64,000 bases of DNA from a virus (lineage: Duplodnaviria; Caudoviricetes), in the IMG/VR virus record IMGVR_UViG_3300042477_000769; one strand, written 5' to 3'. Positions 1 to 10,080 of this stretch are shown one piece after another; positions within the stretch are counted from its first letter, which is position 1; each line of letters starts with the position of its first letter. The notes beneath the pieces were generated by a model that saw only the letters and a list, made by a program, of their open reading frames with translations, was not told the origin of the DNA and searched no databases. A program made the translations under genes and the position numbers.

Positions 1-1
1 T

Positions 2-2347
2 TTGGCACTGGGTAAATTATTTTATTTTAAAGGAATGTTAGGCGGGCCAGAATCAACTAGAAACTGGCAAAAATGCGTTCATTTTATTAGAGAAGGATTA
101 AAATTACCACCCACCAAAACATTATTATTTATTAATCCACAAGAACGAGATTATTTTTCTTATGTCTATTTAAATTATGCTCTTAATAAATTAGGAGATG
201 TGCAGGGAGCTTTAGAGAGCGTTAATATGGGTTTAAAAGCAGAGCCTAATGATACTATGTTATTAGGGAATAAAAAAATATATGAAGATTTCTTGGCGCG
301 AGATGCGATTGTTAAAGCTAGTAATTCATTAAAAAATAATGGCACTTTAACAGATGTTGCTGTTGAAAAGATTAGTGCTATTATCAATAATTTAGAGTTA
401 CCACAAATTGAAGTAGTTAAAAAGAAAAGTTTGCTTCGTAAATCGCGAACTAATGTATTAGATATTATATTTTATCTAGGTAACGGAGTAGAAATATGGT
501 CTCCTGAAACTGTGAGAAAAAATGGCATTGGCGGTAGTGAGTTAATGGCATTAGAATTGGCCAAAAGATTAGCTACTTTAGGTCATAAAGTTAGAGTATA
601 TAACAGTTGTGGAAATTATGAAGGCACTTATGATGGAGTAGAATATTGTCAAACAGAAAAATATCATGATTTAAACTGTGATGTGTTAGTTGTCTCTAGA
701 GATGCTTCAGCTTTAGACAATTCTACTATTACTAGTAAGCTTAAATTATTGTGGGTACATGATATTTTTGCATTAAATGCCAATAGTAAATTACTATTAC
801 AAGCAGATAGAATTTTAGCCTTATCTCAATGGCATAAAAAATTCTTAATGGAGCATCATCATCTTCATCCGGAACATATTATAGTTACTAGAAATGGGAT
901 TGATTTAAATAGGTTCAATATCTCGGTAGATAGAAATAAATATAAGTGTATTAATAGTAGTAGTCCTGATCGTAGCTGGCCGGTGTTATTAGATGTTTGG
1001 CCCACTATTAAAAATGCAGTTCCTCAAGCCGAGCTTCATTTATTTTATGGGTTTAAAAATTGGGAATATAGCGCTCAATTTAATCCAAAACAACAAGAAA
1101 CAATTGCTAGTTTAAAAGAACAAATAAATTCATTACAAAAACTAGACGTTTATTTTCACGATCGAGTTGATCAAGTAACGTTAGCTAAAGAGCTATTATC
1201 CTCTGGTGTGTGGACTTATCCGACATTTTTTACAGAAACTTCGTGTATTACCGCGATGGAAATGCAAGCGGCTGGCGTACGAATGGTTACTTCTAATATT
1301 GCGGCTTTAACAGAAACAGTTGGTAACAGAGGCGTTTTATTAGATGGAGATTGGACCTCAGCAGAATATAAAAATAAATTTATTGCAGCGGTGGTAGAAA
1401 AATTAACACACGAAGATGAATCAGATAGAAAAGAATTACAAGAATATGCTAGATTAAATTTTGATTTAGATCAATTGGCTTTGGATTGGGAAGATATGTT
1501 TTATTCTTTATTAAAAGAAATTACCACTAATCCATTAGTGCCTTATTTTCCAACTCGTCCATATTTAAGTAGATCTTCTTTTCACTCGGCTCCCTTTAGT
1601 TTACTAAATACTGACAATTTAGTTAAACTAAATATTGGTGCTGGCCCTAATATTTTTCCATTTGATGGATGGATTAATTATGATAGAGTATATTTTTCCG
1701 AATATTTTCAGCAATTAACTATGGTAGCTAAAGATGTGAATTTACCAGAAAATGAAAGACATCCTAATACCATTTCATGGATGAAAAATATAACTTCTCG
1801 ACAAGGCAAATTAATAGATTATTTGTCTCGTGGAGGATCTATTGAATATAGAATAGGTGACGTTCAGTATCCTTTTGATATGCATCCAGATAATAGTGTA
1901 GATATTATTTATCTAGGGCAAATGATTGAACATTTAAATCCTATTTATGTGATACCTAAATTATTAGCTGAGTGTTATCGTATGTTAAAGCCAGGTGGAA
2001 CATTAAGAATAACTACACCTGATTTAGATTTATTAATTCAAGCATATCTAAACAATGATTTAGATAAATTTTCTAACGAACAACCGTTATTTTATAAAGA
2101 GGCCGATCCTAGTGAACAATTAGCTTATATTATGTATGGTGCTTGTGGTCCAAATTGCTCTTGGAACAATTATGAAGGTCATATGTTCTTATTTACTAAG
2201 AATTCGATGCGCAAAGCACTTAAAAATGTAGGATTTGAAAAAATTAAGTTTTTCAATTCTGGACATTTAAGTGATCATCCAGTTATTTTACAAGAAGTAA
2301 CGGATGAAGGTGTGAGTCATTCTCTCTTAGTTGAGGCTATTAAGTGA
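2..2347 (+). CDS. 5'-truncated TPR-repeat / GT4-like glycosyltransferase / class I SAM methyltransferase fusion
   Basis: N-terminal TPR-like helices (YLNYALNKLGDVQGALESVNMGLKAEPND); GT-B motifs GGSE, VTRNGID, SSPDR and ETSCITAMEMQAAG; C-terminal KLNIGAG, MIEHL and YRMLKPGG methyltransferase motifs. Open at the window edge. Confidence 0.85.
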   Translation: MALGKLFYFKGMLGGPESTRNWQKCVHFIREGLKLPPTKTLLFINPQERDYFSYVYLNYALNKLGDVQGALESVNMGLKAEPNDTMLLGNKKIYEDFLARDAIVKASNSLKNNGTLTDVAVEKISAIINNLELPQIEVVKKKSLLRKSRTNVLDIIFYLGNGVEIWSPETVRKNGIGGSELMALELAKRLATLGHKVRVYNSCGNYEGTYDGVEYCQTEKYHDLNCDVLVVSRDASALDNSTITSKLKLLWVHDIFALNANSKLLLQADRILALSQWHKKFLMEHHHLHPEHIIVTRNGIDLNRFNISVDRNKYKCINSSSPDRSWPVLLDVWPTIKNAVPQAELHLFYGFKNWEYSAQFNPKQQETIASLKEQINSLQKLDVYFHDRVDQVTLAKELLSSGVWTYPTFFTETSCITAMEMQAAGVRMVTSNIAALTETVGNRGVLLDGDWTSAEYKNKFIAAVVEKLTHEDESDRKELQEYARLNFDLDQLALDWEDMFYSLLKEITTNPLVPYFPTRPYLSRSSFHSAPFSLLNTDNLVKLNIGAGPNIFPFDGWINYDRVYFSEYFQQLTMVAKDVNLPENERHPNTISWMKNITSRQGKLIDYLSRGGSIEYRIGDVQYPFDMHPDNSVDIIYLGQMIEHLNPIYVIPKLLAECYRMLKPGGTLRITTPDLDLLIQAYLNNDLDKFSNEQPLFYKEADPSEQLAYIMYGACGPNCSWNNYEGHMFLFTKNSMRKALKNVGFEKIKFFNSGHLSDHPVILQEVTDEGVSHSLLVEAIK

Positions 2348-3429
2348 AAATTGGCATTATCGCCACTCATTCTTTTCCAATTCCGTATCCTAATCTTCAT
2401 ACGGGCGATATTATTATTTTAAATTTGGCCAAATCATTACAAAAATTAGGCCAAGAAGTTACTTTATATGCTCCAGAAGGAACTCAATTTGATAATTTAA
2501 AATCTATTAAGCCTTCTTTAGGAAAGGCAGACCCAACTGCTTATAAATGTGAAAATGAAATCTATCTGACTTATAAAGATAGTTTATTTTCTCAAGACAT
2601 AATTAGTGATTTTAGTTCCACTAAGCATATTTCAAAAGCCATGAATAATGAAGGTTTTGCAGCTACTTGCTGTACTTTAATGGGTGGACCTTGGAGATAT
2701 ACGTGGGAAACTAATAATATAATTACTTGGTCACAATCTCATCAATTTAGAGTATTAAATGGATTAACAGATTATCATCAAACGCCTTATGTTACTATGG
2801 ATAATGGAGGTTATCCAGTCTCACAAGCCGCTGTTATTTATGGAGGAATTGATACTGATTTTTATGTACCATCTTATAAAAAAGATAATTATTTCCTATG
2901 GTTAGGAAGATGGCACGAAGCTAGAGGTTATCGTATTGCTATTGAAATTGCCAAAAGAACCGGAATTAGATTAATTTTAGCTGGCGAACATCCAGATAAT
3001 GAATTTTTTGAAACTCAAAAAAAATCTGCACAAGAGGCAGAACAATTATGTCAAGGACATTCTAATATAGAAATAGTTTGGTTACCTCCCGATCCAGATC
3101 ATCATTTAATGAAAAGAAAATTGTATCAAGAAGCGATAGCTTTTATTAATCCGACTCAATTTCATGAGCCATTTGGCATGTCTCAAGTAGAGGCGATGGC
3201 ATGTGGAACACCAGTTATTACTACTAACTATGGCTCGATGCCAGAAATAATAACACATAAAAAAACCGGAATCGTATGCCAGAATGATATATATGAATTA
3301 TCTCAAGCTTGCTATCAAATTAATAATATTGATTATTATACTTGCCGGCAACGAGCAGAAGAGTTTGATCAAAAAGTTATGGCTCAATCGTATTTAAATT
3401 TTTACCAAAACATACTCACACAAAGTTAA
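2344..3429 (+). CDS. GT4-family glycosyltransferase
   Basis: LWLGRW and EPFGMSQVEAMACGTPVI (E-x7-E motif); GTGA overlap with upstream stop. Confidence 0.9.
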   Translation: MKIGIIATHSFPIPYPNLHTGDIIILNLAKSLQKLGQEVTLYAPEGTQFDNLKSIKPSLGKADPTAYKCENEIYLTYKDSLFSQDIISDFSSTKHISKAMNNEGFAATCCTLMGGPWRYTWETNNIITWSQSHQFRVLNGLTDYHQTPYVTMDNGGYPVSQAAVIYGGIDTDFYVPSYKKDNYFLWLGRWHEARGYRIAIEIAKRTGIRLILAGEHPDNEFFETQKKSAQEAEQLCQGHSNIEIVWLPPDPDHHLMKRKLYQEAIAFINPTQFHEPFGMSQVEAMACGTPVITTNYGSMPEIITHKKTGIVCQNDIYELSQACYQINNIDYYTCRQRAEEFDQKVMAQSYLNFYQNILTQS

Positions 3430-3430
3430 T

Positions 3431-4090
3431 ATGGAAATTGATTTCAAAGGAAATAAATTTATTATTAGTAAAGGCAGTACTCATCCTGAATATTCTATCT
3501 TTACTTTTACCGGAGAAGAAGTTGATTTTAAAAATAAATATTGGGATATTAAACCAGATGATATTGTTTTTGATGTTGGCTCTTCTTATGGAACTTATGC
3601 TTTAACAGCCACGGCAATGGGAGCTAAAGTTTTTTGTTTTGAGCCTGAATCGACTGTATATTGTGATTTAGTTAATAATATTAAATTAAATAATTGGGAA
3701 CAGCAATGTATAGCTCATAATTTAGCCCTTTGGAGTTGTTCATCTACGGTAGATATGAAAGACTATGCTCCTCATTGGCCAGTTCAAACTATTACTAGTT
3801 TATATCCAACTGATACGTTAGATAATATTGTTAATAAAAATAATTTAACTACAGTAAATTGGATTAAAATCGATGTCGAAGGTTCAGAAGAGCAAGTCCT
3901 ATTAGGCGCCCAAGAAACTATTACTAAATTTTCTCCTAATATGATTATTGAATGTCATAATTTTCTTGATAATCAAATAAGTAATAGAGTTAAAGAATTG
4001 ATATTATCATATAATTCAAATTATAATATTGAAGAAATTGAAAGAGATCCTTGTGTAATGTTAGTGATAAAGTTGAGAGGAAGAATATGA
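3431..4090 (+). CDS. FkbM-family methyltransferase
   Basis: FDVGSSYGTY, FCFEPE and WIKIDVEGSE motifs. Confidence 0.9.
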   Translation: MEIDFKGNKFIISKGSTHPEYSIFTFTGEEVDFKNKYWDIKPDDIVFDVGSSYGTYALTATAMGAKVFCFEPESTVYCDLVNNIKLNNWEQQCIAHNLALWSCSSTVDMKDYAPHWPVQTITSLYPTDTLDNIVNKNNLTTVNWIKIDVEGSEEQVLLGAQETITKFSPNMIIECHNFLDNQISNRVKELILSYNSNYNIEEIERDPCVMLVIKLRGRI

Positions 4091-5208
4091 AAGTTGGGGT
4101 TATTTTAGGGGCATTTAGTATTGGAACTCGTCCTTTAGATTTTTGGTATAATAATATTTGGGATAGTGCTAGGGGATTAACGGGCACTGATTTATGTTTT
4201 GTTAAAACGGCACAAATTTTAGCTCAACGAGGGCATGAAGTCCATTTATTTACTGTACATGCTCAGCCCGCACATAAGCCAGACTACTGGGAAAATGTAA
4301 AAATTCATTCTTTTGAAGATCGTTTCAGTGTTATTGATGACTCTTTTGATGGATTAATTTCTATTAATGAGCCGGATGTATTTAGAGGATTAACTACTAA
4401 ACCCGTGCGTATTGTGTGGCAAATGTTAAATGATTTTCCTTTTTGCCAAGAAGGTTTTGACGATTTTGTCGATCACTGGTTTGGAGTTTGTAATCAACAT
4501 ACTGAATTCTTAAAAAAACAAGTAGCTAAACCAGAAAAATGGCAAACTTTGCCATTAGGATGCAGTCCAGAATGGTATCAAGATCAACGAGTTCCTGGTC
4601 GTGTCATTTGGTGTTCCAGTGCAGATCGAGGTTTACATGTATTGTTATCCCAATGGCCCTTAATTAAAAAAGCGGTTCCACATGCAACATTAAAAATATT
4701 TTATCATTTTAATTATAGTGGCTTAGAAGATATTAGCCCACATGATAAAGAAAGTCATTTTCATGTAGTAGAAATGGGAAATCGTATTAGGTATATTAAA
4801 TATGCTATTGATAAATTAAAAAATTTTGGTGTTGAACATGTCGGGTCAATTAGTCGAGAGCAAATGAAAAAAGAATTTAGCGAAGCGGCAGTCTTTGCTT
4901 TTAGTTGTGACACGGTTGCCTTTTCTGAAGGTTTTTCAGTATCTACCTTAGAGGCTCACGCAAGTTTTACCGTACCAGTTATTACTTCTCAAGATTGTTT
5001 GGGGAGCATTTATCAAGATTCGGGCGCTATTATTATTCCAGCTCCAGTTAAAGATCATTTGCCAGACTATACACAAGCAGTGATTAAAAGTTTATTAGAT
5101 ACCGAATATTCTAATGAAATTATTAAAAATTGTCGTAATTTTGCTGAAAATCATACCTGGGAAAAAAGCGTCTCAGTCCTGGAATCTACTATTTCTGCGG
5201 GTAAATAA
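4087..5208 (+). CDS. GT4-like glycosyltransferase (start revised to 4087)
   Basis: GLTGTD, WCSSADRGL and EGFSVSTLEAHAS motifs; paralogous to the GT domain of 2-2347. ATG 4087 overlaps the upstream stop (ATGA) and follows GAGAGG. Confidence 0.85.
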   Translation: MKVGVILGAFSIGTRPLDFWYNNIWDSARGLTGTDLCFVKTAQILAQRGHEVHLFTVHAQPAHKPDYWENVKIHSFEDRFSVIDDSFDGLISINEPDVFRGLTTKPVRIVWQMLNDFPFCQEGFDDFVDHWFGVCNQHTEFLKKQVAKPEKWQTLPLGCSPEWYQDQRVPGRVIWCSSADRGLHVLLSQWPLIKKAVPHATLKIFYHFNYSGLEDISPHDKESHFHVVEMGNRIRYIKYAIDKLKNFGVEHVGSISREQMKKEFSEAAVFAFSCDTVAFSEGFSVSTLEAHASFTVPVITSQDCLGSIYQDSGAIIIPAPVKDHLPDYTQAVIKSLLDTEYSNEIIKNCRNFAENHTWEKSVSVLESTISAGK

Positions 5209-5219
5209 AAATTAGTCGA

Positions 5220-5228
5220 TGTTATAAT
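5220..5228 (+). promoter_or_regulatory. Extended -10 promoter (TGnTATAAT) ahead of the NDP-sugar genes
   Basis: TG-T-TATAAT in a 38-nt intergenic gap, followed by SD AAGGTG and ATG 5247. Confidence 0.6.
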
Positions 5229-5246
5229 TGACTGAGAAAGGTGACC

Positions 5247-5663
5247 ATGGATAATAAAAAATACTCAGAGATGGTAGAAAAAGAAGAATTTCCAACGGAA
5301 ATGTCGGTACCATTAGATACTCCGACTATCGATGAACGAGGCGTAATACAAAATATTCTAAACTCTCATGTTGGCAGTGTAGCGATTATTACTAGTAAAG
5401 CTGGTTCTGTCAGAAGTAATCATTGGCACCAAAGCAATTGGCATTATTTATATGTCATTTCTGGTAAGATGAAATATCTAGAAAGAAATTTAGATGGTTC
5501 AGGTTTAAAAGAAAAAGTATATCAAACTGGAGAATTAGTTTTTACTGCTCCTCATAAAGCCCATCGAACAGAATTTTTAGAAGATACAGTCTTATTAAGC
5601 CTAGGAAAGTCTTCTAAAGAGCATCAACATCATGAAGAAGATTTAGTTAGAGTGATATGGTAA
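5247..5663 (+). CDS. Cupin-fold protein, probable NDP-sugar epimerase/isomerase (start revised to 5247)
   Basis: RSNHWH...YLYVISGK and TAPHKAH cupin motifs; sugar-pathway context. Confidence 0.7.
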   Translation: MDNKKYSEMVEKEEFPTEMSVPLDTPTIDERGVIQNILNSHVGSVAIITSKAGSVRSNHWHQSNWHYLYVISGKMKYLERNLDGSGLKEKVYQTGELVFTAPHKAHRTEFLEDTVLLSLGKSSKEHQHHEEDLVRVIW

Positions 5664-5666
5664 GTT

Positions 5667-6899
5667 ATGCAAGTCAAGAATAAAGTTGTCAAAAATTGTT
5701 TATTATGTGGCGGAGAAACTAAAATAATTATAGATTTAGGAAAAACACCTTTAGCTAATAATTTCACTACTGAAAAAGTTGCCCAAAAAACTTTCCCTTT
5801 ACGCTTAGTACAATGCCAACATTGTCAACATGTACAATTAGATTATATTGTACACCGTAAAACTTTGTTTGAAAATTATTTATATGTTTCCGGCACTTCA
5901 CCAGTTAATGTGAAACATTTTCAGGATTATGCTCATCAAGTAATTGAAAAATTTCAATTAAATGAACATAATTTAGTTTGTGATGTGGCCTCTAATGATG
6001 GATGTTTCTTACAGAATTTCAAAAATACTACCAAAATAGTTGGAGTGGACCCAGCTAAGAATATTGCGGAAGAAGCAAATCAAAATGGAATTTATACTAT
6101 TGCTGATTTCTTTTCGACTAAATTAGCCAAAGAAATTAAACAAAATCATGGGTTTGCTAAAGTTATTACTTGTAATAATATGTTAGCTCACAATATGGAC
6201 ATTAAAGATATTGTTAAGGGCGTCAAAGCGCTTCTTGATCCTCAAGGGACTTTTATCTTTGAAAATTCTTATTTATTAGATATTGTTAATTTTGATCTTA
6301 TTGATTTGGTGTACCATGAACATATTCATCATTTTCACATCTATCCATTAGTTAAGTTTTTTAATCAATTAGGGATGGATATTTATCATGTGGAGCGCTT
6401 ACCTAATCATGGTGGCTCTATTAGAGTATATGTTTGCTTTCAAGGACAATATCCAATCGACCCATCAGTTCAGCAATGTTTAGAGTTAGAAAAAGAAATT
6501 CCTAATAAAATTAAACAGTTAGCAGTTAAAATTGAACAATTAAAAGAAAAAATTAATACCAGCTTGTTATCTTTACATTCTCAAGGTAAAAAAATTGGAG
6601 TTTTTGGTTTTCCGGCAAAAGCTACAACATTAATTTACGGACTAGGAATCAATATGAAGACCATAGATTTTATTGTAGATGATGCCAAATTAAAACAAGG
6701 AAAATTTATTCCCAGCCAATCTCAAAAAAAATCAATGGTAATTGAACCTCCTTCAGTTATTGTAAGTAAAAATCCAGATTATTTATTAATTTTGGCTTGG
6801 AATTTTGCGGATTCTATTATAGAAAATTGTAAAAAACAAGGTTATACTGGCAAATTTATTGTTCCGCTGCCACAATTTAGCATTAAGGGGGAAATGTGA
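5667..6899 (+). CDS. NDP-hexose C-methyltransferase (TylC3/EryBIII-like architecture)
   Basis: Zn-binding CLLCG...CQHCQHVQL, DVASNDG, YHEHIHHF, HGGSIRV, and C-terminal FGFPAK, IVDD and LAWNFAD motifs. Confidence 0.9.
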   Translation: MQVKNKVVKNCLLCGGETKIIIDLGKTPLANNFTTEKVAQKTFPLRLVQCQHCQHVQLDYIVHRKTLFENYLYVSGTSPVNVKHFQDYAHQVIEKFQLNEHNLVCDVASNDGCFLQNFKNTTKIVGVDPAKNIAEEANQNGIYTIADFFSTKLAKEIKQNHGFAKVITCNNMLAHNMDIKDIVKGVKALLDPQGTFIFENSYLLDIVNFDLIDLVYHEHIHHFHIYPLVKFFNQLGMDIYHVERLPNHGGSIRVYVCFQGQYPIDPSVQQCLELEKEIPNKIKQLAVKIEQLKEKINTSLLSLHSQGKKIGVFGFPAKATTLIYGLGINMKTIDFIVDDAKLKQGKFIPSQSQKKSMVIEPPSVIVSKNPDYLLILAWNFADSIIENCKKQGYTGKFIVPLPQFSIKGEM

Positions 6900-7864
6900 A
6901 AAAAATATTAGTTACAGGTTCATGTGGATTTATTTTCTCTAATTTTATGAGAAAAGTGATGCAAGATAAATTACCCTATACTTTTGTCAGTATAGATAAA
7001 GTATTATCGCCTTATAATTTATATAATGTGGAGTTAAATAAAGACCACCATTTTTATATGGGAGATATTGCTGATGAGCAATTTGTCGAGAATGTTTTTA
7101 AATTAGAAAAACCAGATATTATCATTCATGGAGCAGCAGAAAGTTTTGTTGACGACTCTATTCGAAGTGCTGCTCCATTTATTCATTCTAATGTAGTCGG
7201 CACCCAAGTCATGGTAGATATTTCTTTAAAATATAATGTAGAAAAATTTATTTACATTAGCACCGATGAAGTATATGGTCAATTGGCCTATGGTGATAGT
7301 AGCTGGACTGAGCTATCTTCTATTAATCCTAGAAATCCCTATTCTGCTTCTAAGGCTGCAGGAGAACTAATCGTGAGAGCAGCTAATCAAACTCATGGTC
7401 TAAAGTATAACATTACCCGATGCTGTAATAATTATGGCCCTAGTCAGCCATATCGTAATTTAGTGCCGGTTATTATTTATAATTTATTGCATAATAAACC
7501 TATTCCTATTCATGGTAGTGGAAAACAATATCGTGAATGGATTTATGTTGAAGACCATATTAGTGCTATTTTAAAAGTATTAGAGTCAGGTTCTGTAGAT
7601 GAAACATATAATATTGGTACTGGAGCAGAATGTACTAATTTAGAAATGGTGGAAAATATTGCCGCTATTTTGAATAAAACCCCTATAATTCAAAATGTAA
7701 AAGATCGCCCCGGTCATGATTTTAGATATTCAGTTAATTGCTCCAAATTACACAAATTAAAATGGAAACCTTCTTTTAAATTTACCGAAGGTTTAGAAAA
7801 GTGTGTGAATTGGTATCTAAATAATACTTGGTACTGGAATGAACAATCTAATATTAGTTGGTAA
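6896..7864 (+). CDS. rmlB: dTDP-glucose 4,6-dehydratase
   Basis: HGAAESFVD, YISTDEVYG, PYSASKAAG, RCCNNYGP and DRPGHDFRY. Confidence 0.9.
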   Translation: MKKILVTGSCGFIFSNFMRKVMQDKLPYTFVSIDKVLSPYNLYNVELNKDHHFYMGDIADEQFVENVFKLEKPDIIIHGAAESFVDDSIRSAAPFIHSNVVGTQVMVDISLKYNVEKFIYISTDEVYGQLAYGDSSWTELSSINPRNPYSASKAAGELIVRAANQTHGLKYNITRCCNNYGPSQPYRNLVPVIIYNLLHNKPIPIHGSGKQYREWIYVEDHISAILKVLESGSVDETYNIGTGAECTNLEMVENIAAILNKTPIIQNVKDRPGHDFRYSVNCSKLHKLKWKPSFKFTEGLEKCVNWYLNNTWYWNEQSNISW

Positions 7865-8624
7865 TGGTCAGTGGGGAAAGAATTATGTTAACACTTTGAG
7901 ACAATTTTCAAATGTAAATTTAAAGATTGCTAATAGAAATAATTGGCAATCTTTAATTGATCAAGGCGCAGATGGCGTCATTATCTGTACCCCTCCAGAT
8001 TCACATATAGAAATTGCTCATTTTTCCTTATCAAGAAATATTCCAACTATGATAGAAAAGCCGGTGGCTTTATCTATGTCAGAAGTATTATCCTTAGAAA
8101 CTTATACCGTTCCTATTTTAGTGAATTATATTCATTTATTTTCTGAAGCTTATCAACTAGCTAAACAATCTATTCAAGGCCCAATATTAGAGATTAATTC
8201 TATTGGTTATAATAAAGGGCCTCTCCGCACTTATTCTAGTTTGTGGGATTATGGCTCCCATAATATAGCCATGATATTAGATCTTATAAATAAGATGCCA
8301 ACTTCCATAACGGCCAAAAAAGAGATTACTCCACATGGAGAGTTATTTCATTTATCTTTAAAGTTTGATCAGATAAATACTCTGAGTATTATTGGAAATG
8401 GGGCCGAAACGAAAGCCTTAAAATTAGATATTAAATCTAAAAACCATGTAATTTATGATAATAAAGATAATTCATCTTTACAGATTAGTCCGTTAACTAG
8501 TGCGTTACAAGTTTTTATTCGAGCTCTCCATGGGCACAATGATGGTAGGTTAGGATTATATTTAACGAAGCAAGTTACTCAAATCCTAATAGAATGTGAA
8601 AATATATGTAATATTCTTATATAG
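7839..8624 (+). CDS. Gfo/Idh/MocA-family oxidoreductase
   Basis: LVGNGQWG, MIEKP and WDYGSH motifs. Confidence 0.85.
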   Translation: MNNLILVGNGQWGKNYVNTLRQFSNVNLKIANRNNWQSLIDQGADGVIICTPPDSHIEIAHFSLSRNIPTMIEKPVALSMSEVLSLETYTVPILVNYIHLFSEAYQLAKQSIQGPILEINSIGYNKGPLRTYSSLWDYGSHNIAMILDLINKMPTSITAKKEITPHGELFHLSLKFDQINTLSIIGNGAETKALKLDIKSKNHVIYDNKDNSSLQISPLTSALQVFIRALHGHNDGRLGLYLTKQVTQILIECENICNILI

Positions 8625-8639
8625 TAGGAGGAGTGAATA

Positions 8640-8957
8640 ATGCCTGATTTTGGAAATCCTAGAGCCCCGATTGATTATGGTTTTGATTATAATTTCTTTG
8701 CCAAACTTACTGTCAATAATGCTAATTATAATACAAATTGTGATATGATTATTAATTTAGCCGCTCCGACGTATGCGGTGTCGTTTCAGTTGGAGAGCGG
8801 GACCCGAATTGAGTACTCCTTTAACGGCATCACCACCCATGGCGACATGATCCTTTCCGAAGCCAGCACCAACCTATTATTTCAAAACAGAGTCATCTCT
8901 AAAATATGGTTTAGAGGCGATGGCTATGTTCGAGTAGAAGCATGGGCCATTAGATAA
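8640..8957 (+). CDS. Small beta-rich hypothetical protein, possibly virion-associated
   Basis: Strong SD (AGGAGGAG), 105 aa, contains a DGY motif. Confidence 0.6.
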   Translation: MPDFGNPRAPIDYGFDYNFFAKLTVNNANYNTNCDMIINLAAPTYAVSFQLESGTRIEYSFNGITTHGDMILSEASTNLLFQNRVISKIWFRGDGYVRVEAWAIR

Positions 8958-8972
8958 TTTATAAGAAAGACC

Positions 8973-9770
8973 ATGAAAGACAAAATTTGTAGCACCTGCC
9001 AAATTACTAAAGATATTTCTTGTTTTCACAAAAATAAAACCAAATTAGATGGATTAAGCAATATTTGCAAACCCTGTAAATCTTTATATTATCACGGATT
9101 TAAAAAAGAAAATACTAGAAAAATGTTGTTGCAACAACAGCTTAAACATTGTCCACAATGTCAAGAAATTAAACCTATTTCTTTATTCTTTAATAATAAA
9201 TCCTCAGCTAATAAACTGTCCACTTATTGCAAAACTTGTTCAGTCATTAAAAATAATCAATATTATCAACAACATAAGCCAAAATTAACCTGTCAAACTT
9301 GTACGACTTCTATTGCTAGAGGTAAATTTTGTCCAGAGTGTCGTATTATTCACAAAAAAGAATATCGAAAATTATTTGAAAGAAAGCAACGTCAACAGAT
9401 AGAATATCGGCTCAAGAATAATATTTCACGATCGGTTCGAGAGATGTTATTGTTAAGAAACAAAAGCAAAAGAAATCGCACAATTGTTAATTATTTAAAT
9501 TATTCGGTTAATGAATTAGTGGCTCATTTAGAATCTAAATTTGAGCCCTGGATGAATTGGGATAATTATGGAACATACAATAAAAATGTTTGGAATGACC
9601 AGGATATAAATACTTGGACATGGCAAATTGATCATATCATGCCTCATAGTTATTTCAATTATACCTCTTTAACAGAGGAAGCATTCCAGCAATGCTGGGA
9701 TCTGAATAATTTGAGACCTTTATCCGCCAAAGCCAATATACACAAAAGCAATTATTATGGCCAAAAATAA
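8973..9770 (+). CDS. HNH endonuclease with three N-terminal CxxC...CxxC zinc fingers (free-standing homing-endonuclease-like)
   Basis: HLESKFEPWMNWDNYG...WQIDHIMP...NNLRPLSAKAN; paralog of three other genes in the window. Confidence 0.85.
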   Translation: MKDKICSTCQITKDISCFHKNKTKLDGLSNICKPCKSLYYHGFKKENTRKMLLQQQLKHCPQCQEIKPISLFFNNKSSANKLSTYCKTCSVIKNNQYYQQHKPKLTCQTCTTSIARGKFCPECRIIHKKEYRKLFERKQRQQIEYRLKNNISRSVREMLLLRNKSKRNRTIVNYLNYSVNELVAHLESKFEPWMNWDNYGTYNKNVWNDQDINTWTWQIDHIMPHSYFNYTSLTEEAFQQCWDLNNLRPLSAKANIHKSNYYGQK

Positions 9771-10080
9771 ATTAATTCTTAATAAATGTGAAATTGAAGG
9801 GTGTCAAGAGACAGAAAATTTACATTTGCATCATATTATTGAAAGAACAGAATTAAATACCAATAATCATCCTTTTAATCTTAGTATTTTGTGTCCTAAT
9901 CATCATGCACATGTGCATAGTGGTAGATTAAAAATTATTGGAGTGTTCCCATCTACACAGTTACCGAATAAAAGAACCTTAATCTATGAATTAGATGGTA
10001 AAAAGAATGTAGACATAGATCGACCTTATATCCAATTTACTAATAAATCATTTAAAATTCATGGAGAAAGTAATGAGTAA
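9757..10080 (+). CDS. Small HNH endonuclease
   Basis: CEIEGC...LHLHHI...NLSILCPNHHAHVH. Confidence 0.85.
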   Translation: MAKNKLILNKCEIEGCQETENLHLHHIIERTELNTNNHPFNLSILCPNHHAHVHSGRLKIIGVFPSTQLPNKRTLIYELDGKKNVDIDRPYIQFTNKSFKIHGESNE

